Assembly: GCA_050298055.1 (NCBI GenBank)
Contig: JBNKTL010000003.1
Location: 81,685-145,684, forward strand
Length of the DNA: 64,000 nucleotides
Reading direction: 5' to 3'
From: Spirochaetota bacterium
GTDB taxonomy: Bacteria; Spirochaetota; UBA4802; UBA5550
The notes below the pieces were generated by a model that had not been told where the DNA came from, ran no database searches, and saw only the letters and a program-made list of their open reading frames with translations. This document shows, piece after piece, positions 19,315 through 29,059 of this stretch. A program made the position numbers and the translations under genes. The first letter of the stretch is position 1, and every line of letters starts with the position of its first letter.

Positions 19315-20430
19315 ATGAAAAATACTCTTTTTATCATTTACTGTATTTCATTACTGGCAGTATCATGCGGCAGTAGCCACAGCGGAAGCAGCAGCGATAT
19401 GTTCGGTCTCGGGGCTGCAGCCGTAGAGTCTCTCCCCCTGGTCGGATCAGATAAAAAAAGAGCTCTTCTATCTTCAGGTAATATTGCGGATTACAATACA
19501 CTTGCAAACTTCTTTAAACTCGAATGTTTTATGCCGGGTATGGATAATTTCTGCCCGGCGGGAACAGACACGTCCGGGGGGGCCTCAAATCCCTACAAAT
19601 TAACCAGTTATACCCTCATCGGTTCCATCTATCACGCGGACATGTATTCAGGAGGCCATAAAACGGGCTGCCAGGGCACGGATGCGGCTATAACTGCCGG
19701 TTCCTTTACGGCAGCAGAAACCGGCGGTGATCCCGATAAGTTTCTGCTGGACTATTATGACCTGCTGGAATGCCTGGAACAGGATACGTCCGAATATGTA
19801 GGGAGCGGGACAAAGTACCAGACATATTCCGTGGGGGAAAGCCCGTTTCAGGCAACACTTACCACACGGTACAGGAACCCCTATGAAGGGGTGTCAGACC
19901 CGGGGCAGAATGATGTTTTCCAGGTCTATGTGGGTCTCAGCGGCGACGACCCGGTTTTTCTCGCATATAATTACGCAGGTGCCGATTCCATGCACCAGAG
20001 AACAGTCTTATTTGTCAACTTCGAGACTCACAGGTTCGCGGTGAAACACTATGAGAGCGCGACCAGTTATCTTGTGGCCATCGGCGTGGGAGGAGTGAAC
20101 CGTGAAACAGGGGAACTTAACCCGGGATATTATTATACGAAATTTACCAACGGAAGCATAATAGAAGACAGCGGCTGTGTGGACAATACAACAGGTGATT
20201 TCCAGGGGGATACAAGCGCGTGCACTGCCGCTTCCATACCCTTTTCCGGGACCTGGATAGACAGCAGTTCCGTAGCGGACTATATCGGCATGACATCCGC
20301 TGACAGGGCCCGTCTTGATGCTTTTCTGAGCAAATTCTCGGATGACAATCCTTTAACAGGAGACGATTCACCAGATGACAGCAGCACAGATCCGGAACAA
20401 AATTTCCCTTACTCAATTACACCGGAGTAA
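19315..20430 (+). CDS. Hypothetical lipoprotein
   Basis: GGAGG RBS; MKNTLFIIYCISLLAVSC lipobox. Confidence 0.8.
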   Translation: MKNTLFIIYCISLLAVSCGSSHSGSSSDMFGLGAAAVESLPLVGSDKKRALLSSGNIADYNTLANFFKLECFMPGMDNFCPAGTDTSGGASNPYKLTSYTLIGSIYHADMYSGGHKTGCQGTDAAITAGSFTAAETGGDPDKFLLDYYDLLECLEQDTSEYVGSGTKYQTYSVGESPFQATLTTRYRNPYEGVSDPGQNDVFQVYVGLSGDDPVFLAYNYAGADSMHQRTVLFVNFETHRFAVKHYESATSYLVAIGVGGVNRETGELNPGYYYTKFTNGSIIEDSGCVDNTTGDFQGDTSACTAASIPFSGTWIDSSSVADYIGMTSADRARLDAFLSKFSDDNPLTGDDSPDDSSTDPEQNFPYSITPE

Positions 20431-20568
20431 AACCGGATCGTTAAACATTAAGGAATACGCTACAACCGAATACTGTTAATGGCCGGGTTAGTTACGCATT
20501 AAGGAAAACAACCCGGAGAAATATGCCCGTTACTCTGAGAAGGGATCCATTTCCCTCAGGGAAAGGGA

Positions 20569-20800
20569 TCAGATCCTTTTTGCGTAATTCCCGATCTTAT
20601 CAAGCCATTTTTTCCGTTTCTCATTACTCATGCCTGTAACGGAACCCACCTTGATCACTTTCACCTTCTTTATTCCGCAGAATTTAATTGTTCCCCTGAC
20701 CAGGGACCCTTTGAGAGGATTGCCCACAAAATAATCGTAGTAGAAGTTTGGTCCCATCATTGTTGTTATCACTGTGGCTCCCTTTATATGGGTCAGAAGT
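20569..20800 (-). pseudogene. C-terminal remnant of a flavodoxin-fold NAD(P)H oxidoreductase
   Basis: LTHIKGATVITTMMGP...IKFCGIKKV...KRKKWLDKI; N-terminus absent; abuts MITE copy 2. Confidence 0.7.
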
Positions 20801-20818
20801 ATGTATTCATAATGATAT

Positions 20819-20955
20819 GTTTCTGCTCAGCTATATGGCTATAATCAACCTATTTACTCAAATACAGACAATATGTCCCCGCCGCCGAAGGCAGCGGGGA
20901 CATCAGTTATCTTTTTGATGAATATAATTATTCTTATACATAGCTGAGTAGTTAC
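20819..20955. mobile_element. MITE-like element copy 2
   Basis: TIRs GTTTCTGCTCAGCT / AGCTGAGTAGTTAC; hairpin ATGTCCCCGCCGCCGAAGGCAGCGGGGACAT. Confidence 0.8.
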
Positions 20956-21134
20956 AATGATTTAAACAAAAACTCCTTATAAAACTGTCACTTTTTTCTA
21001 TCACTCCTTTTAACATCTGAATTTACTCAACTGTATGTTAAATAAATTAATTTTCTCGCCCCTGTAAACGAATAGTTACACAATCAATAATTATTCCGGT
21101 TGACATTTTGCATAAAATTCCTTAAATAAATTTT

Positions 21135-21617
21135 ATGGATTATTTTGAGAAATTTATTGAAATAATAAACGAGTTGGAAAGAGAAAAAGTGGAGTATGTT
21201 CTGGTTGGGGGATATGCGGTAATATTACATGGACTCCCACGGTTTACTCAGGATATAGATCTTTTTATAAAACCTGAAAGTATCAATATTGAAAAATTTA
21301 AAAAGGCGCTGTATACTGTTTTTAAGGATGATAGTATAAAAGAAATTACTCTTGATATGCTTAACGAATATCCGGTTATACGCTATGGAACACCTGAAGA
21401 ATTTTATATAGACATAATTGTCCGTATCGGATCAATGTTTTCTTTTTCAGATATTGAGTATGAAATAAAAAAAATTGATTCGCATTCAATAAAAGTAGCA
21501 ACTGCTGAAACACTCTATGCAATGAAAAAGGACACTGTAAGACCAATAGACAAGTCAGATTCTCTCTTTTTACAAGAATTGATAAAAAAATCAAAAAAGA
21601 AACAGGAAAACATGTAA
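21135..21617 (+). CDS. Nucleotidyltransferase (DUF6036-like), putative TA component
   Basis: YVLVGGYAVILHGLPRFTQDIDL; terminal RPIDKSD. Confidence 0.85.
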   Translation: MDYFEKFIEIINELEREKVEYVLVGGYAVILHGLPRFTQDIDLFIKPESINIEKFKKALYTVFKDDSIKEITLDMLNEYPVIRYGTPEEFYIDIIVRIGSMFSFSDIEYEIKKIDSHSIKVATAETLYAMKKDTVRPIDKSDSLFLQELIKKSKKKQENM

Positions 21618-21808
21618 TGCCCATTTATAAATTCAAATCCTTTGAAGAAGCAGAAAAGGCCTTATGGAATTTTGATCCCGATGAAAATTATTATCAAAAG
21701 ATTGCGAAACTTTTCCAACTGGGTTTCAGATTATCTCCCCCTCAATGCAGGCGGGGAATTTTTAAATTTAAAAATTTTGAAGAACGAGAAAAATTTAATA
21801 AGAAATAA
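21617..21808 (+). CDS. Small partner protein of the nucleotidyltransferase
   Basis: TAATG overlap; repeated KFKSFEE / KFKNFEE motif. Confidence 0.75.
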   Translation: MPIYKFKSFEEAEKALWNFDPDENYYQKIAKLFQLGFRLSPPQCRRGIFKFKNFEEREKFNKK

Positions 21809-21817
21809 TTCCTTCCC

Positions 21818-22657
21818 ATGAGCTTGAGCATTTCAGACATCAAAAACCTTCTGGATAATGACCAGCGTGAAAAGTTCAAGAGACTCGAAGCGCTTATCAA
21901 CTCCTTCGATAATCTGGCTGTAGCATTCTCCGGGGGGGTGGACAGCACCTTTCTTCTCAAAGTGTCCCGGGACATCCTGAAAGAAGAGGTCACAGCCATT
22001 GTTATCCGGACAGAACTTCACCCTAAAAAAGAGATCGAAGAAGCCATCCACAGGGCGGAGGAAATGGGTGTCCGGCGCGTAAAGATTGATATGAATGTAC
22101 TGGGGCACAGGGAGATCGCGAACAATGCCCGGGAGAGATGTTATCACTGCAAGAAGGAGATATTTAAGCGGATTCGGGAGTATGCTCAAAACCGGGGAAT
22201 TGATAATGTCGCCGACGGGACAAACCGGGATGACACAGCTTCTTACAGACCCGGGATAAAGGCCCTGGAGGAACTGGGCGTATCAAGCCCCCTGAAAGAA
22301 GCGGGTATGGGGAAAAATGATATCAGGCAGATCTCAAAGATCCTGGGACTCGAAACATGGGACAGGCCCGCCAGCCCCTGCCTGGCCACGCGTTTTCCTT
22401 ACAACACCCCGCTCACCAGAGATGCCCTCAAGCAGGTAGAGACTGCGGAAGAATTTATCAGGGACCTGGGATTTAAAAACCTGCGGGTACGCTGTCACGG
22501 TGAGACCGCCAGGATCGAGACGGAGGGGGAGATGATGCAGAAGATAACCGGGAAAGAACTATCGGAAAAGATCATCCGGAAGCTCCATGAAACAGGTTTC
22601 AGGTATGTCACCCTGGACCTGGAGGGGTTCAGGTCGGGGAGCATGGATGACGACTAG
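21818..22657 (+). CDS. larE: ATP-dependent sacrificial sulfur transferase LarE family
   Basis: AFSGGVDS PP-loop, RCYHCK, DGTN, YRPG, SPCLATRFP, GFRSGSM. Confidence 0.92.
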   Translation: MSLSISDIKNLLDNDQREKFKRLEALINSFDNLAVAFSGGVDSTFLLKVSRDILKEEVTAIVIRTELHPKKEIEEAIHRAEEMGVRRVKIDMNVLGHREIANNARERCYHCKKEIFKRIREYAQNRGIDNVADGTNRDDTASYRPGIKALEELGVSSPLKEAGMGKNDIRQISKILGLETWDRPASPCLATRFPYNTPLTRDALKQVETAEEFIRDLGFKNLRVRCHGETARIETEGEMMQKITGKELSEKIIRKLHETGFRYVTLDLEGFRSGSMDDD

Positions 22658-22669
22658 TACGGCCGCCTC

Positions 22670-25612
22670 TTATAATTCACATGTCAGAGTCAGTTCCCGG
22701 GCGGGGGACTCGCCGCTCTTTCTCCTGACCTTAATAATAACTTTATCACCTTTCATTTTGTCCATAAGAACGATCTTCAGGTCGGGGATGTCCTTTACCT
22801 CCCTGCCGTCCAGGGAAATAATAATGTCGTTCTTCTTTAACCCCGCCTTCATGGCCGGGCTGTTCCCCACAAGTTTATTGATAATAACTCCGCCGGAGCT
22901 TTCCGTGAGATAAACTCCAAGCTGCGCTGTCCGGGGGCCTTCCGTCTTCTCCGGGAAGAGAATAAAATCGGCGATGTTCTTCCCGATATCACCCTGCTCA
23001 CCCAGAAGGATCACCGACTGGTCGGCTCCGGAAAGCCTCTTTACCCTGTCAGGGATCCCCCGGAAATACTTCAGGTGGCCGTTCCCCGCAAGGAGGACCA
23101 GGGGTACCCCGGGGGACTCTTTCATGGCATTCACGGCATTGTGGGCCATGGACTCGTCCCAGAGGATCTGCGCCTGGAAGAAATTGTTCAGGTCCATTGC
23201 CGGTTTCCCGGAGTGCATTCTCATGACCCGGAGCATGCTCTCCCTGTACTCACTGCCGGTAAGGTCCATGTCAGCGGGGATCTCCTTTCTCTCCCCGGGA
23301 GTCAGTGAATCTATCCCCCCCCGGGAGACCTTCCTGACAATTTCTCCCCTGAGGTTCAGGGCAATGACCCTGATCTTTTTCTCCCGGGCAAAGTGAAGGA
23401 TGTCCCTGTAGAGATTATAGTCGTATCTCCATCTTATAAAATATTCGGTCTTTTTCAAAAACTCGCCCTCGCCGATCTCACCCCTGATATACTTATCGAG
23501 ATACTCCTGGTACGGTTTCTGGAACATCTCCATACCGATGAGGAGTTTCCCGTGAATTTTATAAAGGCGCTTTATGATCTCAAACTGCGCGAAGTGGTGG
23601 GAGTAACTGGTATGGACCTCGCCCACGTAAACCACGGACTTGTTTTTTATTTTTTCAACAACCCCGTCAATACCCAGGGTTTTCCCGGTCTCCAGGGCGC
23701 CAATATCCGTAACCAGCTTTCTCACAATCCCCCTCTGAGAAGCTGCCACTGTTTTCCTGATATTCTTCCCTTTGTTGAAGAGGAGGAGAGAATAGCCCCC
23801 GTAGAACCTGAGCTTTCTCAGGGCCATTACAAGTTCGGGCTCATTTTTAGTGTGGACCAGCATCACAGACTTTTCCCCGTTAAGGGGATTTTTCTCCACG
23901 CTGACCAGAAGTCCCGCTGGGGGAAATTTTTTATCGGCGAAAAGTCTTCTGTATACGCTGTTTTTTGCGGAAAGGAAAATTACGGAACGGTCTTTCAGCT
24001 GAGTGTTCCCGGCTTCTTTTTCGCTGAGAGTGCTGATTCCCTCTCTTTTGAAAAACTCTCTGGCATGCTCATATTTTTTTCGCTCATCCTTATCACCGGG
24101 AACCACCAGGAGCTTATTCCTGTCACCCATAAGAGAAGAGACCAGAGCCGGTTTCTCCGGAGGGGTCAGAGCGCGCATGAGGTCATATTCGGGGTCCAGG
24201 ATGATCCTGAGGGGCTTTTCCTTAAAGGACCTTTCGTAGTCCAGGACCTTTTTATCAACATCAATAACAAATTTCTCCGTATCCATCTCCGTTTCCACCT
24301 TTACCGGGAGACCGAAGCTGTAAAGGCCATTCTTCTGCTCCAGCCTCAGGGTGAGGAGATACCTCCCCTTCCTGAACCGAACGGAAACATCCCCCAGTTC
24401 CATCTTAATGGCCCCCTTTTTCTCAACCCACTGATCAAAGAAGCTCCGGTCCTTTAAAAATTTCCCGTACGATCTTTTAATATCATCCCACCCTGCTTTT
24501 TTCATCCGGTTCTCCGCGATAAAATTTTTCAATCCGGTGAAAAACTTCTCATCGCCAATCTTCTTCCGGAGCATGTGAAAGACCATGGCCGCTTTTCCAT
24601 AGCCCAGGGCCCTGAGCTGCCGGTCCGCACCGCTTTGAAAGGACCGGAGTCCCTTTTCACTCTTTTCATCCGTATAGTTATGGTAATCCATGAGTATCTT
24701 CTTTCTGTAATCACTCCCCTCACCGGTAAGCTCTTTGTACAAGTGGTCCGCTAGATAGGTGGTAAGGCCTTCCGCCCAGTTCCCCTTCTCATAATCAACA
24801 AAGACAGAGTTGCCGAACCACTGGTGGAGGATCTCATGTCCCAGGGAGGTCTTCACGATAAAGGGAAGCCTTATCACCCGGGAACCGAGGAGGGTGTAGG
24901 TGGGAAAGGAATACCCTGTCTGAAAGGTATTTTCCACAATGTTGAAGCTCTTGAAGGGATAGCTTCCCAGCATTCTGAGATAGAGGTCCAGGTATTTTTT
25001 CGTATGCTCAATATAACGGGAAACAAGTTTTCTGTCACTTTTGAAGAAGTATGTCCTGATGGCAATGCCCCTGTGCATTTTTTTCGTGACCCTGTACTTC
25101 CCGGCAACCAGTGTGATCTCATATACCGGGTGGGGAAAGTTGTACTTTATGGTCTTCCCTTTCACCCCGGAACGGACACTCCGGGTATCGTATTCAGATA
25201 CTGCATCATAGCCAGCGGGAATATCCACCGAGAGTTTATAGACTGCTTTTCCCTGAAGCTGCGGATACCAGTCCGAGAGAAGGACAATCCCTTTTTCTCT
25301 CCCCCGGGGATTTTTGAACGCACCGGTGTACCGGATCTCTACGCGCTTTTCGCCCTTTAAGGCGCTCATCTCCCCGGACCCGGGCCGGTAGCTTTTTCCG
25401 TTGACCTTTAACTCTTTTATCGTGAGCTTGCCGTAATGGAAATCCGCCTTTTTACCGGCCGGGATTTTAATTTCTGCCCGTCCCGCGATCTTGCCCGACC
25501 CGGGATCAAGAGTGACCCTGAGCTTGTAGAGAGGATATTCCGAAGCCGGTGAAATCGACGGAATGAACAGTGATATGAGCAGCGCGGATAATGATATGAG
25601 GCCTTTGTTCAT
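22670..25612 (-). CDS. Secreted M1-like peptidase / ChaN / PDZ fusion protein
   Basis: Signal peptide; GHEILHQWFG...WAEGL; ChaN-like YVGEVH, GMEMF, QILWD, AGNGH; C-terminal PDZ. Confidence 0.85.
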   Translation of the reverse strand: MNKGLISLSALLISLFIPSISPASEYPLYKLRVTLDPGSGKIAGRAEIKIPAGKKADFHYGKLTIKELKVNGKSYRPGSGEMSALKGEKRVEIRYTGAFKNPRGREKGIVLLSDWYPQLQGKAVYKLSVDIPAGYDAVSEYDTRSVRSGVKGKTIKYNFPHPVYEITLVAGKYRVTKKMHRGIAIRTYFFKSDRKLVSRYIEHTKKYLDLYLRMLGSYPFKSFNIVENTFQTGYSFPTYTLLGSRVIRLPFIVKTSLGHEILHQWFGNSVFVDYEKGNWAEGLTTYLADHLYKELTGEGSDYRKKILMDYHNYTDEKSEKGLRSFQSGADRQLRALGYGKAAMVFHMLRKKIGDEKFFTGLKNFIAENRMKKAGWDDIKRSYGKFLKDRSFFDQWVEKKGAIKMELGDVSVRFRKGRYLLTLRLEQKNGLYSFGLPVKVETEMDTEKFVIDVDKKVLDYERSFKEKPLRIILDPEYDLMRALTPPEKPALVSSLMGDRNKLLVVPGDKDERKKYEHAREFFKREGISTLSEKEAGNTQLKDRSVIFLSAKNSVYRRLFADKKFPPAGLLVSVEKNPLNGEKSVMLVHTKNEPELVMALRKLRFYGGYSLLLFNKGKNIRKTVAASQRGIVRKLVTDIGALETGKTLGIDGVVEKIKNKSVVYVGEVHTSYSHHFAQFEIIKRLYKIHGKLLIGMEMFQKPYQEYLDKYIRGEIGEGEFLKKTEYFIRWRYDYNLYRDILHFAREKKIRVIALNLRGEIVRKVSRGGIDSLTPGERKEIPADMDLTGSEYRESMLRVMRMHSGKPAMDLNNFFQAQILWDESMAHNAVNAMKESPGVPLVLLAGNGHLKYFRGIPDRVKRLSGADQSVILLGEQGDIGKNIADFILFPEKTEGPRTAQLGVYLTESSGGVIINKLVGNSPAMKAGLKKNDIIISLDGREVKDIPDLKIVLMDKMKGDKVIIKVRRKSGESPARELTLTCEL

Positions 25613-25934
25613 GAAACTCTTTCTCCCTCTTTATGAACTTAATCGACCCTGCATATGAAACAGGTTTTCGTTAAACAATAACGCAGGTGATATTAATATA
25701 CAGCCAGCGGTCCATATGGATACATTAAAATCTCTCTCAGGATAAAAAATGGAAGCACGCTGTCAAGGATTAAGTTTTGGTGATTTCAAAGGGGTCAGAG
25801 CATTGTGCCCCGCTAAAAAAATTCCACTATGATCATTTTTTCTGTTTTTTGCTGGATTTTTTTCATTTATTTGAATATTTTATACCATAACTAACGAATT
25901 CCTCCAAAGAAGAAGAACAACGAGAGAGGTCATT

Positions 25935-26156
25935 ATGCAGGTTACCCTCAATATAGAAAATGAACAAATCATCGATGCGGCCAGTAAAATGCCGTTAGAG
26001 GATAAATTGAAGCTTTACGATAAAATAAAAGATGAAATATTCGAAGTCCGCTTCAAAGAGATCCTTGCAAGCTTAAAGACCAGCGAACTTTCCGACGAGG
26101 AAATACTGAAAGAAGTTGAGCATGTCCGATCAGAACGCTATAAAAATCGTAGTTGA
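25935..26156 (+). CDS. Putative antitoxin
   Basis: 73 aa, acidic, overlaps the PIN toxin remnant. Confidence 0.7.
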   Translation: MQVTLNIENEQIIDAASKMPLEDKLKLYDKIKDEIFEVRFKEILASLKTSELSDEEILKEVEHVRSERYKNRS

Positions 26157-26264
26157 TACTAATCTTTGGATAAGCTTTTGTATCGGGACCTTAATCCGTA
26201 TAATACAATCAAGATCCTCAGGGTTCAGGAATTTGAGACTATACTCAATAATGTAATCAAATAA
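26122..26264 (+). pseudogene. PIN toxin with internal deletion
   Basis: N-terminal MSDQNAIKIVVDTNLWISFCIG joined out of frame to C-terminal DLNPYNTIKILRVQEFETILNNVIK*. Confidence 0.75.
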
Positions 26265-26437
26265 GAACCGGGGGTCAGAGCATCCAGCATTTACAATGCC
26301 CGGAAAAATTTTATATGACAATATTTCTCCCGTACCAAAATTACACACATTGCATATTGGTTCGGACCATTATGCAATGGTGTGCATAATAGTCCTTGAC
26401 ATGATCCTCTTTTTATCCCTTACTGTCTTAAATAAAG

Positions 26438-27637
26438 ATGAAAAGAATTTATGATAATATTATCACAGACCACTTTTCCGAAAACCGGCAGATGATCATG
26501 ATCAGCGGTCCCCGGCAGGTAGGCAAAACCACAACAGCAAAAACAACTGACCCGCATTTATACTATAACTGGGACAACCGGGGACACAGGTCAAAAATAC
26601 TTTCAGGCTATAATGAAATCATTAATTCCGAGGACCTATCAAAGACTCCGTCAAAGGGGACACATATAATCTTTGATGAAATACATAAATACTCAAAGTG
26701 GAAGAATTATCTCAAAGGTTTTTTCGATACCTATGAAGAGGAGTACAGGACAATTATAACCGGCAGTTCACGGCTTGATATATACAGGAGGGGAAGCGAC
26801 AGCCTTATGGGACGGTATTTTCTTTACAGGATGCACCCCTTGACTGTGGCAGAACTTTTTAGGCAAACACTTCCAGGAGAAAAGCTTATAACCTGTCCTG
26901 AAAAATTTACCGGTAAAGACTTCAGACAGTTGATGGAACTAGGTGGTTTTCCGGAACCTTTTCTTAAAGGGGATAAAAGGTTTTATAAGAGGTGGATTAA
27001 ACTCCGGCGACAACAGCTTTTCAGGGAGGACCTTCGCGACATGACCAGCATCAGCGAGATCGACCAACTGGAGATCCTGGGACAGCTCCTGGAAAAGAGA
27101 GCGGGCCAGCTGATCAATTATACAGGACTGGCAAGCGATATCCGGGTAACAGTGAACACCGTCAGAAGATGGATAACGACCCTTGAACAATTCTATTACT
27201 GTTTCCGGGTAAAGCCGTGGCACGAGAATATCCCCAAGACTCTCCTTAAACAGCCAAAGATCTATTTCCGTGACTGGAGTATTGTTGACGATGAGGGGCA
27301 AAAAAATGAAAACATGACCGCTTCCCATCTTTTAAAGGCAGTTGAACTCTGGACCGATCTCGGTTATGGAGACTTCGGCCTCTATTTTTTAAGGGACAAG
27401 GTAAAAAGAGAAGTGGATTTTCTTGTATCCAGAAACGGCAGTCCCTGGTTTATTGTCGAAGTTAAATCTTCAGGCTCAGGGGGACTCTCACCGTCACTAA
27501 AGCATTTCAATTCACTATTAAAACCGGAACATGCCTTTCAACTTGATTTTTCCGCAAAATATATTGACCGGGACTGTTTTGAGGCCGGTAAGCCCGTGAT
27601 TGTCCCCGCAGTGACCTTTTTTTCACAGCTTGCGTGA
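26438..27637 (+). CDS. AAA+ ATPase (AAA_14 + DUF4143)
   Basis: GPRQVGKT, IIFDEIH, TGSS, GGFP, KIYFRD, EVDF, EVK. Confidence 0.92.
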   Translation: MKRIYDNIITDHFSENRQMIMISGPRQVGKTTTAKTTDPHLYYNWDNRGHRSKILSGYNEIINSEDLSKTPSKGTHIIFDEIHKYSKWKNYLKGFFDTYEEEYRTIITGSSRLDIYRRGSDSLMGRYFLYRMHPLTVAELFRQTLPGEKLITCPEKFTGKDFRQLMELGGFPEPFLKGDKRFYKRWIKLRRQQLFREDLRDMTSISEIDQLEILGQLLEKRAGQLINYTGLASDIRVTVNTVRRWITTLEQFYYCFRVKPWHENIPKTLLKQPKIYFRDWSIVDDEGQKNENMTASHLLKAVELWTDLGYGDFGLYFLRDKVKREVDFLVSRNGSPWFIVEVKSSGSGGLSPSLKHFNSLLKPEHAFQLDFSAKYIDRDCFEAGKPVIVPAVTFFSQLA

Positions 27638-27730
27638 TATACAGGGGGCAGAACATTAATAAAATTTTTTGTGTCCTGCAATAACAACTAATGACATTAT
27701 ATATAATAGGGGAAATAAAATGTAACGACC

Positions 27731-27835
27731 GGTACTTCGACCGCATAATTTTGAACTAATCATGATTGGTTAACTGCTGAAATTTCCAACTATTAAAAGA
27801 ATCTTATGGGTGCAAAATCACGCGGGCTCAATACC
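27731..27835. repeat. REP-like module C, expanded copy
   Basis: GTACTTCGAC...GTGCAAAATCACGCGGGCTCA ends match 11150-11195 with a longer loop. Confidence 0.65.
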
Positions 27836-27940
27836 AGAAATTTCAGCAAAACCGGAATCTTAAAAAAAAGTGAATTGACAGATTATTTAAAAATTCTTAA
27901 ATCCTTTGATGACAGAGCGGTAAGATACATAACGGTTTTT

Positions 27941-28080
27941 GATATTACTTAGCTGTATGGCTAAAATATACATATTCAATAAATAACAGCCATATGTCCA
28001 CGCCGCGGTCGGCGGCGGGACACATCACTTATTTTTTTATTCATGAGCATATTTGTTTTTACAAACAGCTGAGTAGTAAC
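27941..28080. mobile_element. MITE-like element copy 3
   Basis: TIRs GATATTACTTAGCTGT / ACAGCTGAGTAGTAAC with central GC hairpin. Confidence 0.8.
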
Positions 28081-28149
28081 TAATATTTTTTGATGATGTA
28101 GGTTATTAATTTTTAGGAATAAATACTGATAAAATAACTGTATTTAATC

Positions 28150-29007
28150 ATGAAAAGCCGTTTCAAAAAGAGCTTCCTTTTTATAAGCACAATTGCGTTT
28201 CTTATCATCCCTAATATTTCCTCTCCTGAAATAATCTACCTGAAAGACGGCCAGGTTTTGAAGGGCGCTATTATCCATGAAGATAAAGAATCCATAACAT
28301 TACAAACTAAATACCAGGCACGAAAGATCTACCGGGACCACATCAAAAGAATACTCTACGGTGACAGGGCAATGGAGAAGATCAACATCCTCCTCCGAAA
28401 CGGGAAAATATTAAGGGGATTTCTCGTGGACCAGGACGCGGAGAAAGTGATATTCCGGGAAAAGAGGGACTCGACCGAAGAGGTAACTCTCCGGAAAGTC
28501 AGCATAAAACAGATGTCCCCCGATGAGATAAAGCTTCTCTCGCCGGACATCTTTTTTCACCTGGGATATTATCTCCCCGTGAGCAAAGGGAAAACGGAGC
28601 TCTCTATCAGCCCCCTCTATACTCTCGGCAGCGGAATAAATTTTATCTGGATAAATAGGACGCGGTTGACTCTGGAGGCCGGGTACAGCAGGATCAGGGG
28701 GAAGGAAAACAAAGATGAATATATGCAGAACATTCCCGTGACCCTGAATTCACTCTATTCAATCCCCTTTGCGCATTTTAACCTGGTGCCCAAGATAGGG
28801 ATGGGGTGCGTTATCTCAGAGTTTAAAGACAGCGAGAACAACCGGTACAGAAGCTATGATCTCACCGCCGGCATGGGCGCGGGGATGGAGTACGGATTAA
28901 CGAAGAAGATCAATATCGGTATCTGGATGGAGTATAATATGATCTTTGAGAAGGGTACGGTCTTCAGCGGGGTGGTTGTGAAGACGGGGTTGGGGTTTGT
29001 TTTTTGA
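28150..29007 (+). CDS. Outer-membrane beta-barrel protein with duplicated LA_0442-like N-terminal domain
   Basis: Signal peptide; IYLKDGQVLKG and ILLRNGKILRG repeats; amphipathic strands; terminal Phe. Confidence 0.7.
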   Translation: MKSRFKKSFLFISTIAFLIIPNISSPEIIYLKDGQVLKGAIIHEDKESITLQTKYQARKIYRDHIKRILYGDRAMEKINILLRNGKILRGFLVDQDAEKVIFREKRDSTEEVTLRKVSIKQMSPDEIKLLSPDIFFHLGYYLPVSKGKTELSISPLYTLGSGINFIWINRTRLTLEAGYSRIRGKENKDEYMQNIPVTLNSLYSIPFAHFNLVPKIGMGCVISEFKDSENNRYRSYDLTAGMGAGMEYGLTKKINIGIWMEYNMIFEKGTVFSGVVVKTGLGFVF

Positions 29008-29059
29008 GTACCAGAATCCCCCGAAGGGGGACTTTAAGATTTTAGTTGGAGGTAATGGG

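Noticed and set aside
23393..24457. Long antisense ORFs (also 456..1169, 13903..14730, 57952..58689 and others)
   Set aside because: Shadow frames opposite well-supported genes, with no recognisable motifs
25791..27657. Integron attC cassette array
   Set aside because: No RYYYAAC...GTTRRRY box pairs recognised and no integrase; kept only as a non-attC motif
28997..29059. N-terminal extension of the DUF285 lipoprotein
   Set aside because: Spans a CCCCCGAAGGGGG hairpin; the RBS supports the ATG at 29060
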